Below are positions 25,910-35,223 of a stretch of DNA of 64,000 nucleotides, piece by piece. The stretch is taken from IMG/VR virus record IMGVR_UViG_3300043411_000921, positions 1-64,000 of that record; one strand, written 5' to 3'. The notes beneath the pieces are model-generated. The model had not been told where the DNA came from. It made no database searches and was given only the letters and a program-made list of their open reading frames with translations. How positions within the stretch are numbered: position 1 is the first letter of the stretch; every line of letters starts with the position of its first letter. The translations under genes were made by a program, and so were the position numbers.

Positions 25910-26176
25910 TTACTGAACCGATTTGAGGAACAGTGCCACCTCTTTTGGATGAAACCTAAGAAGGATTTTTCCATGAGTCGGGTGGATAAGGTGAAACCTG
26001 ATCAGAGAATCACCAAAACCCGCAGGAGATTCACACTTGTAAACAACAACCATTTCACCAAGATTCAACTGCTCCCTAACCAAGGATTGTTCATGACTAA
26101 ACCAACCACAATCCCTCAAGACTTCCAACAAGGTTCCGGGTTGATGTTGGGCCAAAATTGATTCGAAATCACTCAT
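25910..26176 (-). CDS. Array-family protein
   Basis: QPGTLL; LGEMVVV; IHPTHG. Confidence 0.7.
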   Translation of the reverse strand: MSDFESILAQHQPGTLLEVLRDCGWFSHEQSLVREQLNLGEMVVVYKCESPAGFGDSLIRFHLIHPTHGKILLRFHPKEVALFLKSVQ

Positions 26177-26447
26177 CTGTGTTTACCTCGACAATATCAA
26201 ACGTTTGGGCAAGCCAAGTGGAAAACAAAATAGTGCTAATTGGAATTCGTACCATGCCAATTTCTGGCTGGATTGCGAGTAGAAGTGTGTATGGATGATC
26301 TCCTTGATAGAAGGTTTTAATCGAGACAAAGCAAACAAAGCCATCGTTTAGCCGGGCAATGGGGCTAATGATTTTCAGCAGAGTTCCCGCTTTGAGGGGT
26401 TGTCCCTTGAACAAGTACGAACCTTCCGCCGCCAACTTCTTCATCAT
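26169..26447 (-). CDS. Array-family protein
   Basis: LKAGTLL; IQPEIG. Confidence 0.6.
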   Translation of the reverse strand: MMKKLAAEGSYLFKGQPLKAGTLLKIISPIARLNDGFVCFVSIKTFYQGDHPYTLLLAIQPEIGMVRIPISTILFSTWLAQTFDIVEVNTDE

Positions 26448-26745
26448 ATTCTTCGTCGTATCCAAAAGAAACCTCCTCACCGTTCGGCATGAGAACAATC
26501 AAGTAAGAAAAATCGCCACCGCTTTTTATTCTGGAAGAGGCAATGCCAACCACGAGAACAGGGACTCCAGCGTCCAAGCACCTGATGCAGTTATCACATT
26601 GCATGAACTTCTCACAAGTGCAAACTGCATCACAACACCCATAAATGAAGTTCTCCACAAACCCGAAATTCTCTTCGTCTCTCAGGTCTGGGAGATACTG
26701 AACCAGATCGCCAACACGAATCTTTCGTTGCTTCTCACTCATCAC
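26365..26745 (-). CDS. Array-family protein with Cys-rich insertion
   Basis: IRVGDLV; CCDAVCTC..CDNCIRC; VLMPNG. Confidence 0.65.
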   Translation of the reverse strand: MMSEKQRKIRVGDLVQYLPDLRDEENFGFVENFIYGCCDAVCTCEKFMQCDNCIRCLDAGVPVLVVGIASSRIKSGGDFSYLIVLMPNGEEVSFGYDEEYDEEVGGGRFVLVQGTTPQSGNSAENH

Positions 26746-27018
26746 TTTTCACCGAACCAGATGAGATAAAACGCATTTCCACAGGATTAATCGGGACATC
26801 CAACAGTCCATGAATCGGATGAAGGATGATAACGAATCCCTCGTGTGGATTGTCCAAAAAAATCCAAGGGTCAGTCGAAAGAAAATAGACAGGCTCATCT
26901 CCTTTTCTGGCCAAAACTTCCCACGCATAATCAGTTTCGCTGGCGAAACAAGCCAAATCCCCGGTTCCAACTTTTTACCGTTGCAATCGTGGTGCAATTC
27001 GCCAACCGGCCTATTCAT
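26735..27018 (-). pseudogene. Array-family gene split by a 1-nt loss in a G run
   Basis: KKLEPG|DLACF restored by adding one G at 26959-26962; C-terminal ILHPIHG. Confidence 0.7.
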
Positions 27019-27337
27019 TGTTGCCACCCACTTTCTCTTGACAGGGCTTTGCGGGACAAACCAACATAATTCTGTCGCTGCCAATTGGAACTGTCAGTTT
27101 TCCGAGGCTGGGGTGAAGGAGGACAATATCTTCTAAACTGTCGCCCACCACAACCACAGAAAAAAGGATCCAAAGGTCAGTGGATTCAAACTTGTGGATA
27201 GAAACCTTTTTCTCTGTTTCTTTTTTCCACGCACTAACCAACCAGCTTTTTTTCTGTACGGATGATGAAAAATGACACAAATCTCCTTTTCTAAACAATC
27301 TGCCATGCTTGGTTTGGATAATGTCCTTACTCATCAA
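27011..27337 (-). CDS. Array-family protein
   Basis: FRKGDLC; LLHPSLG. Confidence 0.7.
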   Translation of the reverse strand: MMSKDIIQTKHGRLFRKGDLCHFSSSVQKKSWLVSAWKKETEKKVSIHKFESTDLWILFSVVVVGDSLEDIVLLHPSLGKLTVPIGSDRIMLVCPAKPCQEKVGGNNE

Positions 27338-27629
27338 TCCTCTCCAGTGAAGTCAGACGAAACGTTTTGATAACCTGTTTGTCAATGGTGTTGCCAATCA
27401 TTAGCACCTTGGCATACCAAGGACCACGAGCAAGACCTCCAGCACAAGTGCTGCGAAAAGTCTCAATGACCTCGCCCTCTTCACCCTTCTCAGCGTAAAG
27501 AATATGGGTTGGAACCTGAACAGGAACAACAATACCAGGAAGAGTTTCCTTGGTTGCTTCCTCCCAGGAAGCAACCCGATGAATGTCCTTGTTGACTCGA
27601 ACCTTGTTACCCTTGACGATGTTTTTCAC
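27327..27629 (-). CDS. SH3/KOW-like protein; leaderless promoter TTGACA-17-TAAGGT (27637-27665)
   Basis: IVKGNKV; KGEEGEVI; start uncertain (GTG). Confidence 0.6.
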   Translation of the reverse strand: MKNIVKGNKVRVNKDIHRVASWEEATKETLPGIVVPVQVPTHILYAEKGEEGEVIETFRSTCAGGLARGPWYAKVLMIGNTIDKQVIKTFRLTSLERIDE

Positions 27630-27685
27630 AACATACACCTTACCATAACCACAAAACCCTGTCAACACCCTTCCGGTCAAAACCC

Positions 27686-27785
27686 AAATCGCTCCAGGAA
27701 GCCCAGCAGTGCCCGAGGATTATTGGAATGGGTGAGAGGGTGTCGGAATGGTTCGGTGGCACAGATAAGGCTTCTGGGTGCCTTT
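27686..27785. repeat. Dispersed ~110-bp element, copy D
   Basis: AAATCGCTCCAGGAAGC ... GCTTCTGGGTG at +74. Confidence 0.6.
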
Positions 27786-28089
27786 ACGTTGATTTGGGTG
27801 GGATGAGACCAAAGTCTCGGAAGATGTCAAATGCAATGCCAGGGACTGATGGACCAACACCTTGGAAACCTGGAGTCATACTACTTCTGTCTGGATTGAT
27901 ATACCATTCCCAATGATCTGGATTGTCTGGGGAAGTCCAAATTTCAAGATAGATTTTTGGGGTGATAATTTGAATCACGGGGCCAACGCCCCAGCCATCA
28001 TATTTTGCGAATTCACAATTCGGATCAAGAATGTTGAAAATTTCAGCGGTTTTGTGGAATCTGGGGGTTGTGGTATAACCAACGGGCAT
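27784..28089 (-). CDS. Hypothetical protein
   Basis: ORF in operon. Confidence 0.6.
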   Translation of the reverse strand: MPVGYTTTPRFHKTAEIFNILDPNCEFAKYDGWGVGPVIQIITPKIYLEIWTSPDNPDHWEWYINPDRSSMTPGFQGVGPSVPGIAFDIFRDFGLIPPKST

Positions 28090-28090
28090 A

Positions 28091-28378
28091 TCAACAATTC
28101 TCTTCTGTGAGTTCTTCAACCCAGATGGGCTGCGATGGATGGACGTTGTGTTTGTGGTATTCAATCGTTCCGAGTATTCCATCTTCGGTGATGAAATTCG
28201 GCCAGTTGCACGTTCCGTGAGCTTCTTCCAAATCAAACTTGGGAACCACGAAAGTGATGATTGAGCCCACACGAAGAAGTTTGATGTCCAAAAACTCAGT
28301 GTTGTTTACGGCGGCGTAGGGAAGATAAAGGCTATCCATCCCCCCGTTGCTGGAACCACGGATTACTCTGCACAGCAT
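28091..28378 (-). CDS. Array-family protein
   Basis: RVGSIITF; FITEDGILG. Confidence 0.65.
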   Translation of the reverse strand: MLCRVIRGSSNGGMDSLYLPYAAVNNTEFLDIKLLRVGSIITFVVPKFDLEEAHGTCNWPNFITEDGILGTIEYHKHNVHPSQPIWVEELTEENC

Positions 28379-28638
28379 TGATCGTTTGTATCTCCTCTCT
28401 GAATGATCTTGATTTCTTCTTCCATACAGAGGATGGCTCCCGAAATGCCATCCGAAGTCAGGATTGGAAAGAAGTAATAATGCAAAGGCTTCCTGCTTTC
28501 TTCCAAATCAAAGAATGCAACGAATGGTTGATCTTCTTTCAGTTCGCCAACAAAAACTCTGGGTGGCCCTAGCGAGTAAATGAATTGGATTGAGTCGCTA
28601 TAACGACGAAGCAAACAAAGATGAGCAACGAACTTCAT
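28363..28638 (-). CDS. Array-family protein
   Basis: ILTSDGISG. Confidence 0.65.
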   Translation of the reverse strand: MKFVAHLCLLRRYSDSIQFIYSLGPPRVFVGELKEDQPFVAFFDLEESRKPLHYYFFPILTSDGISGAILCMEEEIKIIQRGDTNDQCCAE

Positions 28639-29024
28639 TGACTGGAGAAGCTTTCCAAAATGGTTTGGTCGATCTCATAGAGGAATTTCACGTTCACGAA
28701 GCCAACAAACCCAAGCGGGGAAACAACTTGTAAGAGATACTGATTTATGTTTGTGAGAAAGATGATCTCGCCCAAAGAAACAACAAGAGAACCATTGGGT
28801 ATTTTGTTGTTGTTGTTGAAATTCCTATGGTAGCATAAAATTTCCGGGTAGCGGTCTTCTGACAAGTCTTTTCGTAGATTCCCAAAGTCGTCTGTTGGAC
28901 TGAATGTGGACGCAAGTAACAATTGTCCTTGTGTTCTGGAGCGAAGAGTTCTTTTCTCGACCTTGCTGTATGAAAACCTTCTGATGCTGGGAAGCTGTCT
29001 TGTCCTTGATCGGGTTGCAGTCAT
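28635..29024 (-). CDS. Array-family protein
   Basis: QGQLL; NGSLVVSL; VVSPLGFVGF. Confidence 0.6.
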   Translation of the reverse strand: MTATRSRTRQLPSIRRFSYSKVEKRTLRSRTQGQLLLASTFSPTDDFGNLRKDLSEDRYPEILCYHRNFNNNNKIPNGSLVVSLGEIIFLTNINQYLLQVVSPLGFVGFVNVKFLYEIDQTILESFSSQ

Positions 29025-29028
29025 CGTT

Positions 29029-29355
29029 TCACTCTTCTGTTTTTGTTAACCGTAACAGTTTGGCAGATATTTTTGATTTGGGGTTGCAGTGGATCCAACC
29101 AACCAAGCCGTCTGGGACCAGCAGTCGTGCAAAAAATTCTCCTGTTTTTCTGTGTTGGAAATCGAACATATACACATATTCTATCAAAACAACATTGCAA
29201 GAAAAGGGTGGATAGTATTCTGCCAGAGAAGGACCGAATCTGCTGGTATGTGTTCCCTCACTTCCACGTTGGAGGTAGGGGAACAGGATAGTACCATGAT
29301 ACATGGGGGTAAACAGAAACAACCCACCAATGTCATCATCACTCAAAGTTATCAT
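29029..29355 (-). CDS. Array-family protein
   Basis: IGGLF; LLVPDGLVGW. Confidence 0.7.
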   Translation of the reverse strand: MITLSDDDIGGLFLFTPMYHGTILFPYLQRGSEGTHTSRFGPSLAEYYPPFSCNVVLIEYVYMFDFQHRKTGEFFARLLVPDGLVGWIHCNPKSKISAKLLRLTKTEE

Positions 29356-29382
29356 TACAAAATCTCCCTACCCGACTTGGCT

Positions 29383-29679
29383 TCAGCAATCATTGACATT
29401 TGATTTCTCGTCTTCTGTTCCTCCGACAATGGTAAGTGAGTCAAGATAGACTTCCTGAGTTTCAAAAACCCCTTCGGCTGTCAAAACCTTCAAACCATAG
29501 CCAATGATCACTGAATTGTGCTCTTCTATCCAAATGCCAGTGTCGTTTGTGTCGAGAATGAGAAAGACGGCATTGTGAGGAATGCGGTCGTAAGTGTCAC
29601 TCACCACTTCCAGCCGAATGACATAGAAAGATTTCACCAGCTTCCCTGTGAACTTTTCAAATGGATTCTTGTCGCTCAT
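29383..29679 (-). CDS. Array-family protein
   Basis: FTGKLV; FLIL; VLTAEG. Confidence 0.7.
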   Translation of the reverse strand: MSDKNPFEKFTGKLVKSFYVIRLEVVSDTYDRIPHNAVFLILDTNDTGIWIEEHNSVIIGYGLKVLTAEGVFETQEVYLDSLTIVGGTEDEKSNVNDC

Positions 29680-29706
29680 TCTTTCTGAATCAGAATTTTT
29701 TTTTGT

Positions 29707-30045
29707 TCATGCTGCCTCTGGCTCGTTGGCGTTGGATTCCTCGTTTGTGGAAACAATGGAGAGATTGTCTGGATACACCACATCAATAAACCCGGCACCG
29801 AATTTCGGATGTAGAATTAAAATTTGGGACACATCACCATCACCAGCATATCTGGCGTCTTTCAAAGAAAGAACAACAAACAGATCGCCTGGATCCACCC
29901 CGCCGCAAATAAAGAAGGTTCTGGTGTCGCCTCGTGCATTCCACATATTTCTCCCTACGCCATCTTTCCAGATCACCAACTTTCCAACAAACGGCTGAAA
30001 AGGTTCAAGGAACTCCTTGTCGGTGCTGTTATTCGTTTTGGTCAT
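29707..30045 (-). CDS. Array-family protein
   Basis: FVGKLV; PGDLFVVL; ILHPKFGAGF. Confidence 0.7.
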   Translation of the reverse strand: MTKTNNSTDKEFLEPFQPFVGKLVIWKDGVGRNMWNARGDTRTFFICGGVDPGDLFVVLSLKDARYAGDGDVSQILILHPKFGAGFIDVVYPDNLSIVSTNEESNANEPEAA

Positions 30046-30343
30046 CGCTTGGCCTTGCAAGGAGTTCAAAGTTGGTGTGGAAGAAACAATCACTCGTCCT
30101 GATCCAGCCGACTGTACCATTCATCGTCATCACTTGCAACAACAAAACGTCATACTTGGATCGTTGAGGGATAACTCCACCAAGACGAGCATGTTGCCAA
30201 TCAAGCAACATGAACTTCTCCCCCTTCCTCAAATTTTCAAGATGCTGAGAATTTTCCCAGGTTGTTTCGTCCGTTTGGATTAAACCGCGGCTGATCGTAT
30301 GCGGTTTGCAGCAATTTTCATACAGTCCACGAACAATCCACAT
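30029..30343 (-). CDS. Array-family protein
   Basis: VRGLY; KGEKFMLL; VMTMNGTVGW. Confidence 0.7.
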   Translation of the reverse strand: MWIVRGLYENCCKPHTISRGLIQTDETTWENSQHLENLRKGEKFMLLDWQHARLGGVIPQRSKYDVLLLQVMTMNGTVGWIRTSDCFFHTNFELLARPSDDQNE

Positions 30344-30348
30344 TTTCC

Positions 30349-30618
30349 TTATTCCTCTGTGACTACTTCCCCGAAATGGTGATACTCCCACCAAACATCC
30401 ATCCAACCAGTTGTTCCATCAGCCAGCAAAACCAACTCAACCCCTTCCGGGCTCTTGCCGAGATAAACAAATTTGTCCAGCAAACCAATCTCCCCAACAA
30501 GACTTTCTTCGTGATCCTTGTCTGGATGGTCTGGATATTCGTAAACCTCGCAGGAATACTCGGAGTGGGTTGTGAGGTAATAGAGTCTGCCTGGGATTAG
30601 TGGATCAGAGAACGCCAT
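30349..30618 (-). CDS. Array-family protein
   Basis: IPGRLY; FVYLG; LLADGTTGW. Confidence 0.7.
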   Translation of the reverse strand: MAFSDPLIPGRLYYLTTHSEYSCEVYEYPDHPDKDHEESLVGEIGLLDKFVYLGKSPEGVELVLLADGTTGWMDVWWEYHHFGEVVTEE

Positions 30619-30901
30619 TTGAACCGGCTGGGCTTAGGAGAGTTATGTTTAGGACTTTAAACCAACCGGAACTAAACCAACCGGAACTAATCGTGCCAGC
30701 ACCCTCGAAGGTTAAGACTTTAATGTACCTGAAACCTTTCGGGAGATCTTTGGTGTCTACACTTTCCAAAAGAATGAATGAAACCGGCAAATCCAGCACG
30801 ATGGCCTCCTCCATGTCAACATCCACCCACAAATTAAGAGACACTCGGTCTCGGTCGTTCAACGACTTTATCAACAGCAAGTCCCCTTTTTGATAGATCA
30901 T
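30605..30901 (-). CDS. Array-family protein with a 15-bp internal duplication
   Basis: QKGDLL; KVLTFEG; SSGWFSSGWF. Confidence 0.7.
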   Translation of the reverse strand: MIYQKGDLLLIKSLNDRDRVSLNLWVDVDMEEAIVLDLPVSFILLESVDTKDLPKGFRYIKVLTFEGAGTISSGWFSSGWFKVLNITLLSPAGSNGVL

Positions 30902-30923
30902 CCAATCATTCCTCCCGGTTTCT

Positions 30924-31253
30924 CTAAACAACGGGTGTCAAAATTCTTTGCCAAAAGTGTAAAAAGGCAAATCCTTCTCTTCCGTCTCCTGTCAAGACTC
31001 TAACACTTGTCTGTTCATCGGTCCAGGAGAAAGTATCTTTCTCATCGGTCAACTCAACAAAGCAATCTTCAAGCACCAAAAGGCTTCTGAGAGGATACTG
31101 AAACTCCTTAATTTCCGAATTCCAACCACCACCGAAATCCCCAACGATGGTGAACCGCTCGGAAAAAATCCGAATAACGTCATATTCCCGCGGGGCAATT
31201 GGTAGGACCAACAAAGTTCCAGCATCATAAAGCTTTACTTTTGCATGGGGCAT
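30924..31253 (-). CDS. Array-family protein
   Basis: DAGTLL; LLVL; VLTGDGREGF. Confidence 0.7.
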   Translation of the reverse strand: MPHAKVKLYDAGTLLVLPIAPREYDVIRIFSERFTIVGDFGGGWNSEIKEFQYPLRSLLVLEDCFVELTDEKDTFSWTDEQTSVRVLTGDGREGFAFLHFWQRILTPVV

Positions 31254-31579
31254 GGCTCTTCTTTCCCTCCATTGATTTCGGAAACAATAATCCAATCATT
31301 TTCAAGGGTGGAATTAACCCAGCCGTGGCGTCCCTCGCTGTTGAGAACGTGCAACCGAAAATGGCACAGATGTATTGGATAGACACCCAAAACCAAGACG
31401 GGTTTACACCAATCGTTATAGATGTATGTTGTATCGAAAAACAGAGCCCCTGGTGTTTGTTTCCAACGACCACAACTGTCATATTGAAAATTATACTGAA
31501 CCAAGCTCCCGACGAACTTCTCCTTCAATCGTTTTTCTTCCTCAACCCTGTTTGTTGTCAGCCTGTTGTTTCCTCTCAT
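31235..31579 (-). CDS. Array-family protein
   Basis: FVGSLV; VLVLG; VLNSEGRHGW. Confidence 0.7.
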   Translation of the reverse strand: MRGNNRLTTNRVEEEKRLKEKFVGSLVQYNFQYDSCGRWKQTPGALFFDTTYIYNDWCKPVLVLGVYPIHLCHFRLHVLNSEGRHGWVNSTLENDWIIVSEINGGKEEPCPMQK

Positions 31580-31920
31580 TTTGTGTCAACAGATACTGCG
31601 GACATCCAGGCGATCTTTCCACAAGGAGTGATAACTTTGACCCAAGCATGATTGAATTTGGGATTTATGGGAATGTAATCAAGAATGTGGACGTAATCAT
31701 TCTCTTCTAGCAAGATTCGTTCAACCACATCTTTTGGGTAAACTAATCCGTTTCGCGGTTCGTCGGTGCGAAGAATGTAAGCAGTTTTTAGCCGAAAATC
31801 GTAGGATGAAACGACTCGATACAACTTTCCAATTTCTGGCGATGGGCGCCGTCTCTTCGTCAAGTATTCAGCTTCCATCTCTGAAATCTTTTCTGCAATC
31901 GGATCTCTCTTATCCTCCAT
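31576..31920 (-). CDS. Array-family protein
   Basis: PEIGKLY; VITPCGKIAW. Confidence 0.7.
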   Translation of the reverse strand: MEDKRDPIAEKISEMEAEYLTKRRRPSPEIGKLYRVVSSYDFRLKTAYILRTDEPRNGLVYPKDVVERILLEENDYVHILDYIPINPKFNHAWVKVITPCGKIAWMSAVSVDTK

Positions 31921-31922
31921 GA

Positions 31923-32270
31923 TCACTCGCCTTCTTCTTTGATTTCTTCCAACCAAGCCGGGTCGCAACAATCAATCCAACCAACAACGCCTTCTGGAAC
32001 CGTCAAGACTTTCAACATGAAAGCGTCTGGAAAGTTTGATTTGAAAAGTGTTGTTTCGTGCAATTCTGCTACTTCCAACACAATAAAAGAAGCACAGTGC
32101 AGCAAGTTTTTTCCCCTGGAAACAACATGGTTTACCGGGCTGTCGCCTAACACCACCGACAACTTGTCGTCTTTCACAGCAAAGGTGTAGAGTTTCTTTC
32201 CTCTGACCAGTTTTCCAACCAAAGGGTGTTGGATTACCTCTTCCTGTTTGTTACTACTCGTCATTGGCAC
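31923..32270 (-). CDS. Array-family protein
   Basis: LVGKLV; FIVL; VLTVPEGVVGW. Confidence 0.7.
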   Translation of the reverse strand: MPMTSSNKQEEVIQHPLVGKLVRGKKLYTFAVKDDKLSVVLGDSPVNHVVSRGKNLLHCASFIVLEVAELHETTLFKSNFPDAFMLKVLTVPEGVVGWIDCCDPAWLEEIKEEGE

Positions 32271-32595
32271 TCACCATAACTTCCTTGAGGGTTTTGGTGT
32301 TGATGTTCATATTGATCAGCATGGCCGAACAAACTTCACCCGCAATGATGATTTCCAAATCGTAGCACAAGACCACAACACGCTTGTTTTTCGATTTTCG
32401 AAGTTGCACTTCGCGCCTTGGGATCACACGCAAAACAACAAAGAGTTGATCCGAGTTCAGAACGCCCGGTGTGTAACCACTTCCTGAACCTTTGTAACCG
32501 AAATACACTGTCAAAAGCCGTGTGGAACACATCAGCTTACCAACGAGGTTTTCTATTTTAGCAGGAGGTCTTGGGTTCTTCGTCTTTTTCGGCAT
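32254..32595 (-). CDS. Array-family protein
   Basis: LVGKLM; LFVVL. Confidence 0.7.
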   Translation of the reverse strand: MPKKTKNPRPPAKIENLVGKLMCSTRLLTVYFGYKGSGSGYTPGVLNSDQLFVVLRVIPRREVQLRKSKNKRVVVLCYDLEIIIAGEVCSAMLINMNINTKTLKEVMVSANDE

Positions 32596-32824
32596 TGTCC
32601 AAATCTTCCACCGACTCAGTTTCTACAACTTGGACCCTATTCAAGCGGAAGAAATAGAACTTAACTCTCCCATTTGAATCAATATACTCCCAGCACTCTT
32701 CATCCGGGAATGAAAAACGCTTTTCATGCTCAACCAAACGTCGGACTAAAACAAGAAACAAAGTATTCATGTGGTTATAGTCATACCGAATGAGCATTCC
32801 AGGTCGTAACTTCTCTGTTGCCAC
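32558..32824 (-). CDS. Array-family protein
   Basis: EKLRPGMLIRY; paralog of 32827..33048. Confidence 0.7.
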   Translation of the reverse strand: MATEKLRPGMLIRYDYNHMNTLFLVLVRRLVEHEKRFSFPDEECWEYIDSNGRVKFYFFRLNRVQVVETESVEDLDNAEKDEEPKTSC

Positions 32825-32826
32825 TT

Positions 32827-33048
32827 TTACTCTCCCTCCAAGGTGTCTGGTGTGAGGATGATTTCAAATAACGACACATCAAACAGATGCTGTTCGATAT
32901 CCACATATCCAGCAGTGACATACTGCCATCTTTCAACACTATCACGACCAATTCGGGTATGGCGTGGCAGTTGCTGAATTAACAAGAGAGGAGTAACCTC
33001 GCCCGCATAACGAACAAGCATTCCAGGTTGCAGCTTCTCTGTTGTCAT
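32827..33048 (-). CDS. Array-family protein
   Basis: EKLQPGMLVRY. Confidence 0.7.
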   Translation of the reverse strand: MTTEKLQPGMLVRYAGEVTPLLLIQQLPRHTRIGRDSVERWQYVTAGYVDIEQHLFDVSLFEIILTPDTLEGE

Positions 33049-33359
33049 TTGAGTTCAACCCAATCCCCCTGCAAATAAGCATTGAACCAACCTGTCCTAC
33101 CATCTTCCAACAAAACATGGAAAAGTAAGCAATTTTGTTCTTCCTTGAAGTTCGTATATTCAAAACCGACAACCAAGAAATTGCACGGCTTGATAACCAA
33201 GAAACTGTCTTCCCAGGAATAGGGAAGACGATTAATTGGCTTTGTTGTGTAAAACTCAACTCGGACGTTCTTGAATCGCGGGTCGTGTTTCCAAGAAAAA
33301 CAAAACAGCTTGCCCACCAAATTTTCAGGCGTATTGCCATGTTTTTTACGCACAGACAT
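33045..33359 (-). CDS. Array-family protein
   Basis: LVGKLF; FLVVG; VLLEDGRTGW. Confidence 0.7.
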   Translation of the reverse strand: MSVRKKHGNTPENLVGKLFCFSWKHDPRFKNVRVEFYTTKPINRLPYSWEDSFLVIKPCNFLVVGFEYTNFKEEQNCLLFHVLLEDGRTGWFNAYLQGDWVELK

Positions 33360-34482
33360 TCCCCGTGGGGCGGATATGCTGGAGGATGGTCTGCTTCACA
33401 GCCTCTTCACCCTTCTTCCTCAAGGGAAAAACAAGGCTCCAAGGAATTTCCTTGCGGCTGGATTCTGACTTCAATGCCAAACCCAATTCCTTGTCAGAAA
33501 GGTGTTCGACCGACTTTGCAGCGACAAGAACAGCCTGGAAAATCTCATCGCGCTTCTGCATAAAGAAGGAGAGCATGTTGTCGATGTCACCCCAAAATTC
33601 TTCAGGCATCGAAGCCTTGTAAGAATCCATGTCATGACCAAGAACCAAAAGGTTCCAGATCGACAAAGGAGTGATGTTGGAAATCAAGCGGTGAAGAACA
33701 CAATATTCCTCACCCTTCATCTTCACACGATCACCAGTCCCACGAAAACGAATAACAAAGCCTTCTTCAGTCCCAGGAAGAACCTTCAACACCTCCATGA
33801 TCTGCTCAAAAGTGGTGTAGTTGTAACGCTCTGCAATTCGCATTCCAACCTTTCCACACAACTCATCAAGCGAGTCATAGGAAAGCTCGTGACCAGTGAC
33901 ACGATTGTAAGCTCCCAACATCACAAGACCTTCAAAGTCATACGAAATGACAATGCGGTTTGCCTCATAAATGACTTCACAAAGATAAGTCACATCCTTG
34001 TCGAGAGCAGCAAGGATTTCTGGGTGGCTGTTAATCCAACCCGTTGCCCAGACAGCCTGATCACTGTTCAAAGAGCCGCGAGTTGCAACACGCCAAGAGC
34101 CATCGTAGTGATACACCACACCAAGACTACCATCCAGCTTCTTGAAAACTTCAAAGCCAGAATCATCAAACCGAACGGACTTGGCGCCTTCCTGCTCCGT
34201 TGCATTGAAGAACTTCGGAAAAGGAAGAGCAACAATGCGGCCAGAAGTGCGGTTGACAGCCGACTCATGCTCCAGGATCAAGCCTCGTGCCATGACAGTC
34301 CACTGGTTCCAGGTTCGAGAGAACTGACAACCCTTGGAGTAGTTGTAGATTGAAAGAACCTTGCCGTTCGCCTGGATGGAATCCGAGCGAAGGATAGAAC
34401 CTTCCTGAACCCAAGGCTCAAGGCCCTGGACCAAATCCTGGAAGGAAAGAGAAAGTGCGGGATGGATTGGAGTGGTGAACAT
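33346..34482 (-). CDS. RNA ligase, T4 Rnl1/RnlA family
   Basis: ARGLI, PFPKFFN, motif I KLDGSLG, ATRGS, EGFV, KMKGEEY. Confidence 0.92.
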   Translation of the reverse strand: MFTTPIHPALSLSFQDLVQGLEPWVQEGSILRSDSIQANGKVLSIYNYSKGCQFSRTWNQWTVMARGLILEHESAVNRTSGRIVALPFPKFFNATEQEGAKSVRFDDSGFEVFKKLDGSLGVVYHYDGSWRVATRGSLNSDQAVWATGWINSHPEILAALDKDVTYLCEVIYEANRIVISYDFEGLVMLGAYNRVTGHELSYDSLDELCGKVGMRIAERYNYTTFEQIMEVLKVLPGTEEGFVIRFRGTGDRVKMKGEEYCVLHRLISNITPLSIWNLLVLGHDMDSYKASMPEEFWGDIDNMLSFFMQKRDEIFQAVLVAAKSVEHLSDKELGLALKSESSRKEIPWSLVFPLRKKGEEAVKQTILQHIRPTGNVCA

Positions 34483-34488
34483 GACCAG

Positions 34489-34517
34489 ACCTTAGCATGG
34501 TTCTGGGGAGCCGTCAA
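34489..34517 (-). promoter_or_regulatory. sigma70 leaderless promoter TTGACG-17-TAAGGT-6-ATG (extended -10)
   Basis: Read directly. Confidence 0.75.
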
Positions 34518-34548
34518 GAACTAAATTTCTCTGGTTCGTGAATTGGGT

Positions 34549-34890
34549 TTATGAACTTTTGACCCACAATGTCGTTTCTCCGTGTTTGTTAACGTGACAC
34601 CTAATTCTGTGTTGAGATACCCAACCTTCCCAAGTTTTTTCTGAAGTTGACAGCAAAACACGAACCCAAGGATTCCTGGTGTTTGTATACCTCTTCTCCA
34701 ACACCAACAAAGACATTCCATCCTCCAAGTCAACACTTGTTGCTTTTTGCGAAAGAACATCCGTTCCAGCCAACCCAGGAACAGAAAACAGACTCATTTG
34801 GTCTTCTCCAGTCAAAACAGCGAACGGAGCACTCTTCCATGTGAAGAGTTCACCAACCATAACCGCAGGCTTGTCATACTCCCACGTCAT
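34549..34890 (-). CDS. Array-family protein
   Basis: MVGELF; DGMSLLVL; WEGWV. Confidence 0.65.
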   Translation of the reverse strand: MTWEYDKPAVMVGELFTWKSAPFAVLTGEDQMSLFSVPGLAGTDVLSQKATSVDLEDGMSLLVLEKRYTNTRNPWVRVLLSTSEKTWEGWVSQHRIRCHVNKHGETTLWVKSS

Positions 34891-34906
34891 CTTCTCATAT
34901 ACCCTT

Positions 34907-35005
34907 CAATCGCTCCAGGATGCTTTTTAAGGCTGCTGAATTATTTTGACGCCCTCTGACCCGTTCAGGATATTCTCGGGCTCTGTTAAGGCGTCTGGTG
35001 GCATT
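34907..35005. repeat. Dispersed ~110-bp element, copy E
   Basis: AATCGCTCCAGGATGCTTTT ... GCGTCTGGTG at +74. Confidence 0.6.
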
Positions 35006-35223
35006 CGGAGGAGTTCTTCGTGCCAAACCCAAAGAGCTAAACCCACACAAGCAAACAAAACAAGAATCCACCTTTCCTTTTGTTTAAGAACAACGCCCAA
35101 ACTATGGTCAGGAATCATCACTGGATCACCAATGGGATGAGTTGCATAACAAGTAATAGTTTTGTTCGCATCTCTGTCTCGTACTTTCGCTGCCACGAGT
35201 CCCCCAGTTTTAAACAGTAACAT
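34927..35223 (-). CDS. Array-family protein
   Basis: FKTGGLV; LGVVL; LWVW. Confidence 0.6.
   Translation of the reverse strand: MLLFKTGGLVAAKVRDRDANKTITCYATHPIGDPVMIPDHSLGVVLKQKERWILVLFACVGLALWVWHEELLRMPPDALTEPENILNGSEGVKIIQQP

Noticed and set aside
16547-33359. Diversity-generating retroelement or integron as the driver of the array
   Set aside because: No reverse transcriptase, adenine-specific TR/VR pair, integrase or attC-like sites seen; genes overlap directly
33502-34353. 283-aa plus-strand ORF
   Set aside because: Antisense shadow of the RNA ligase gene
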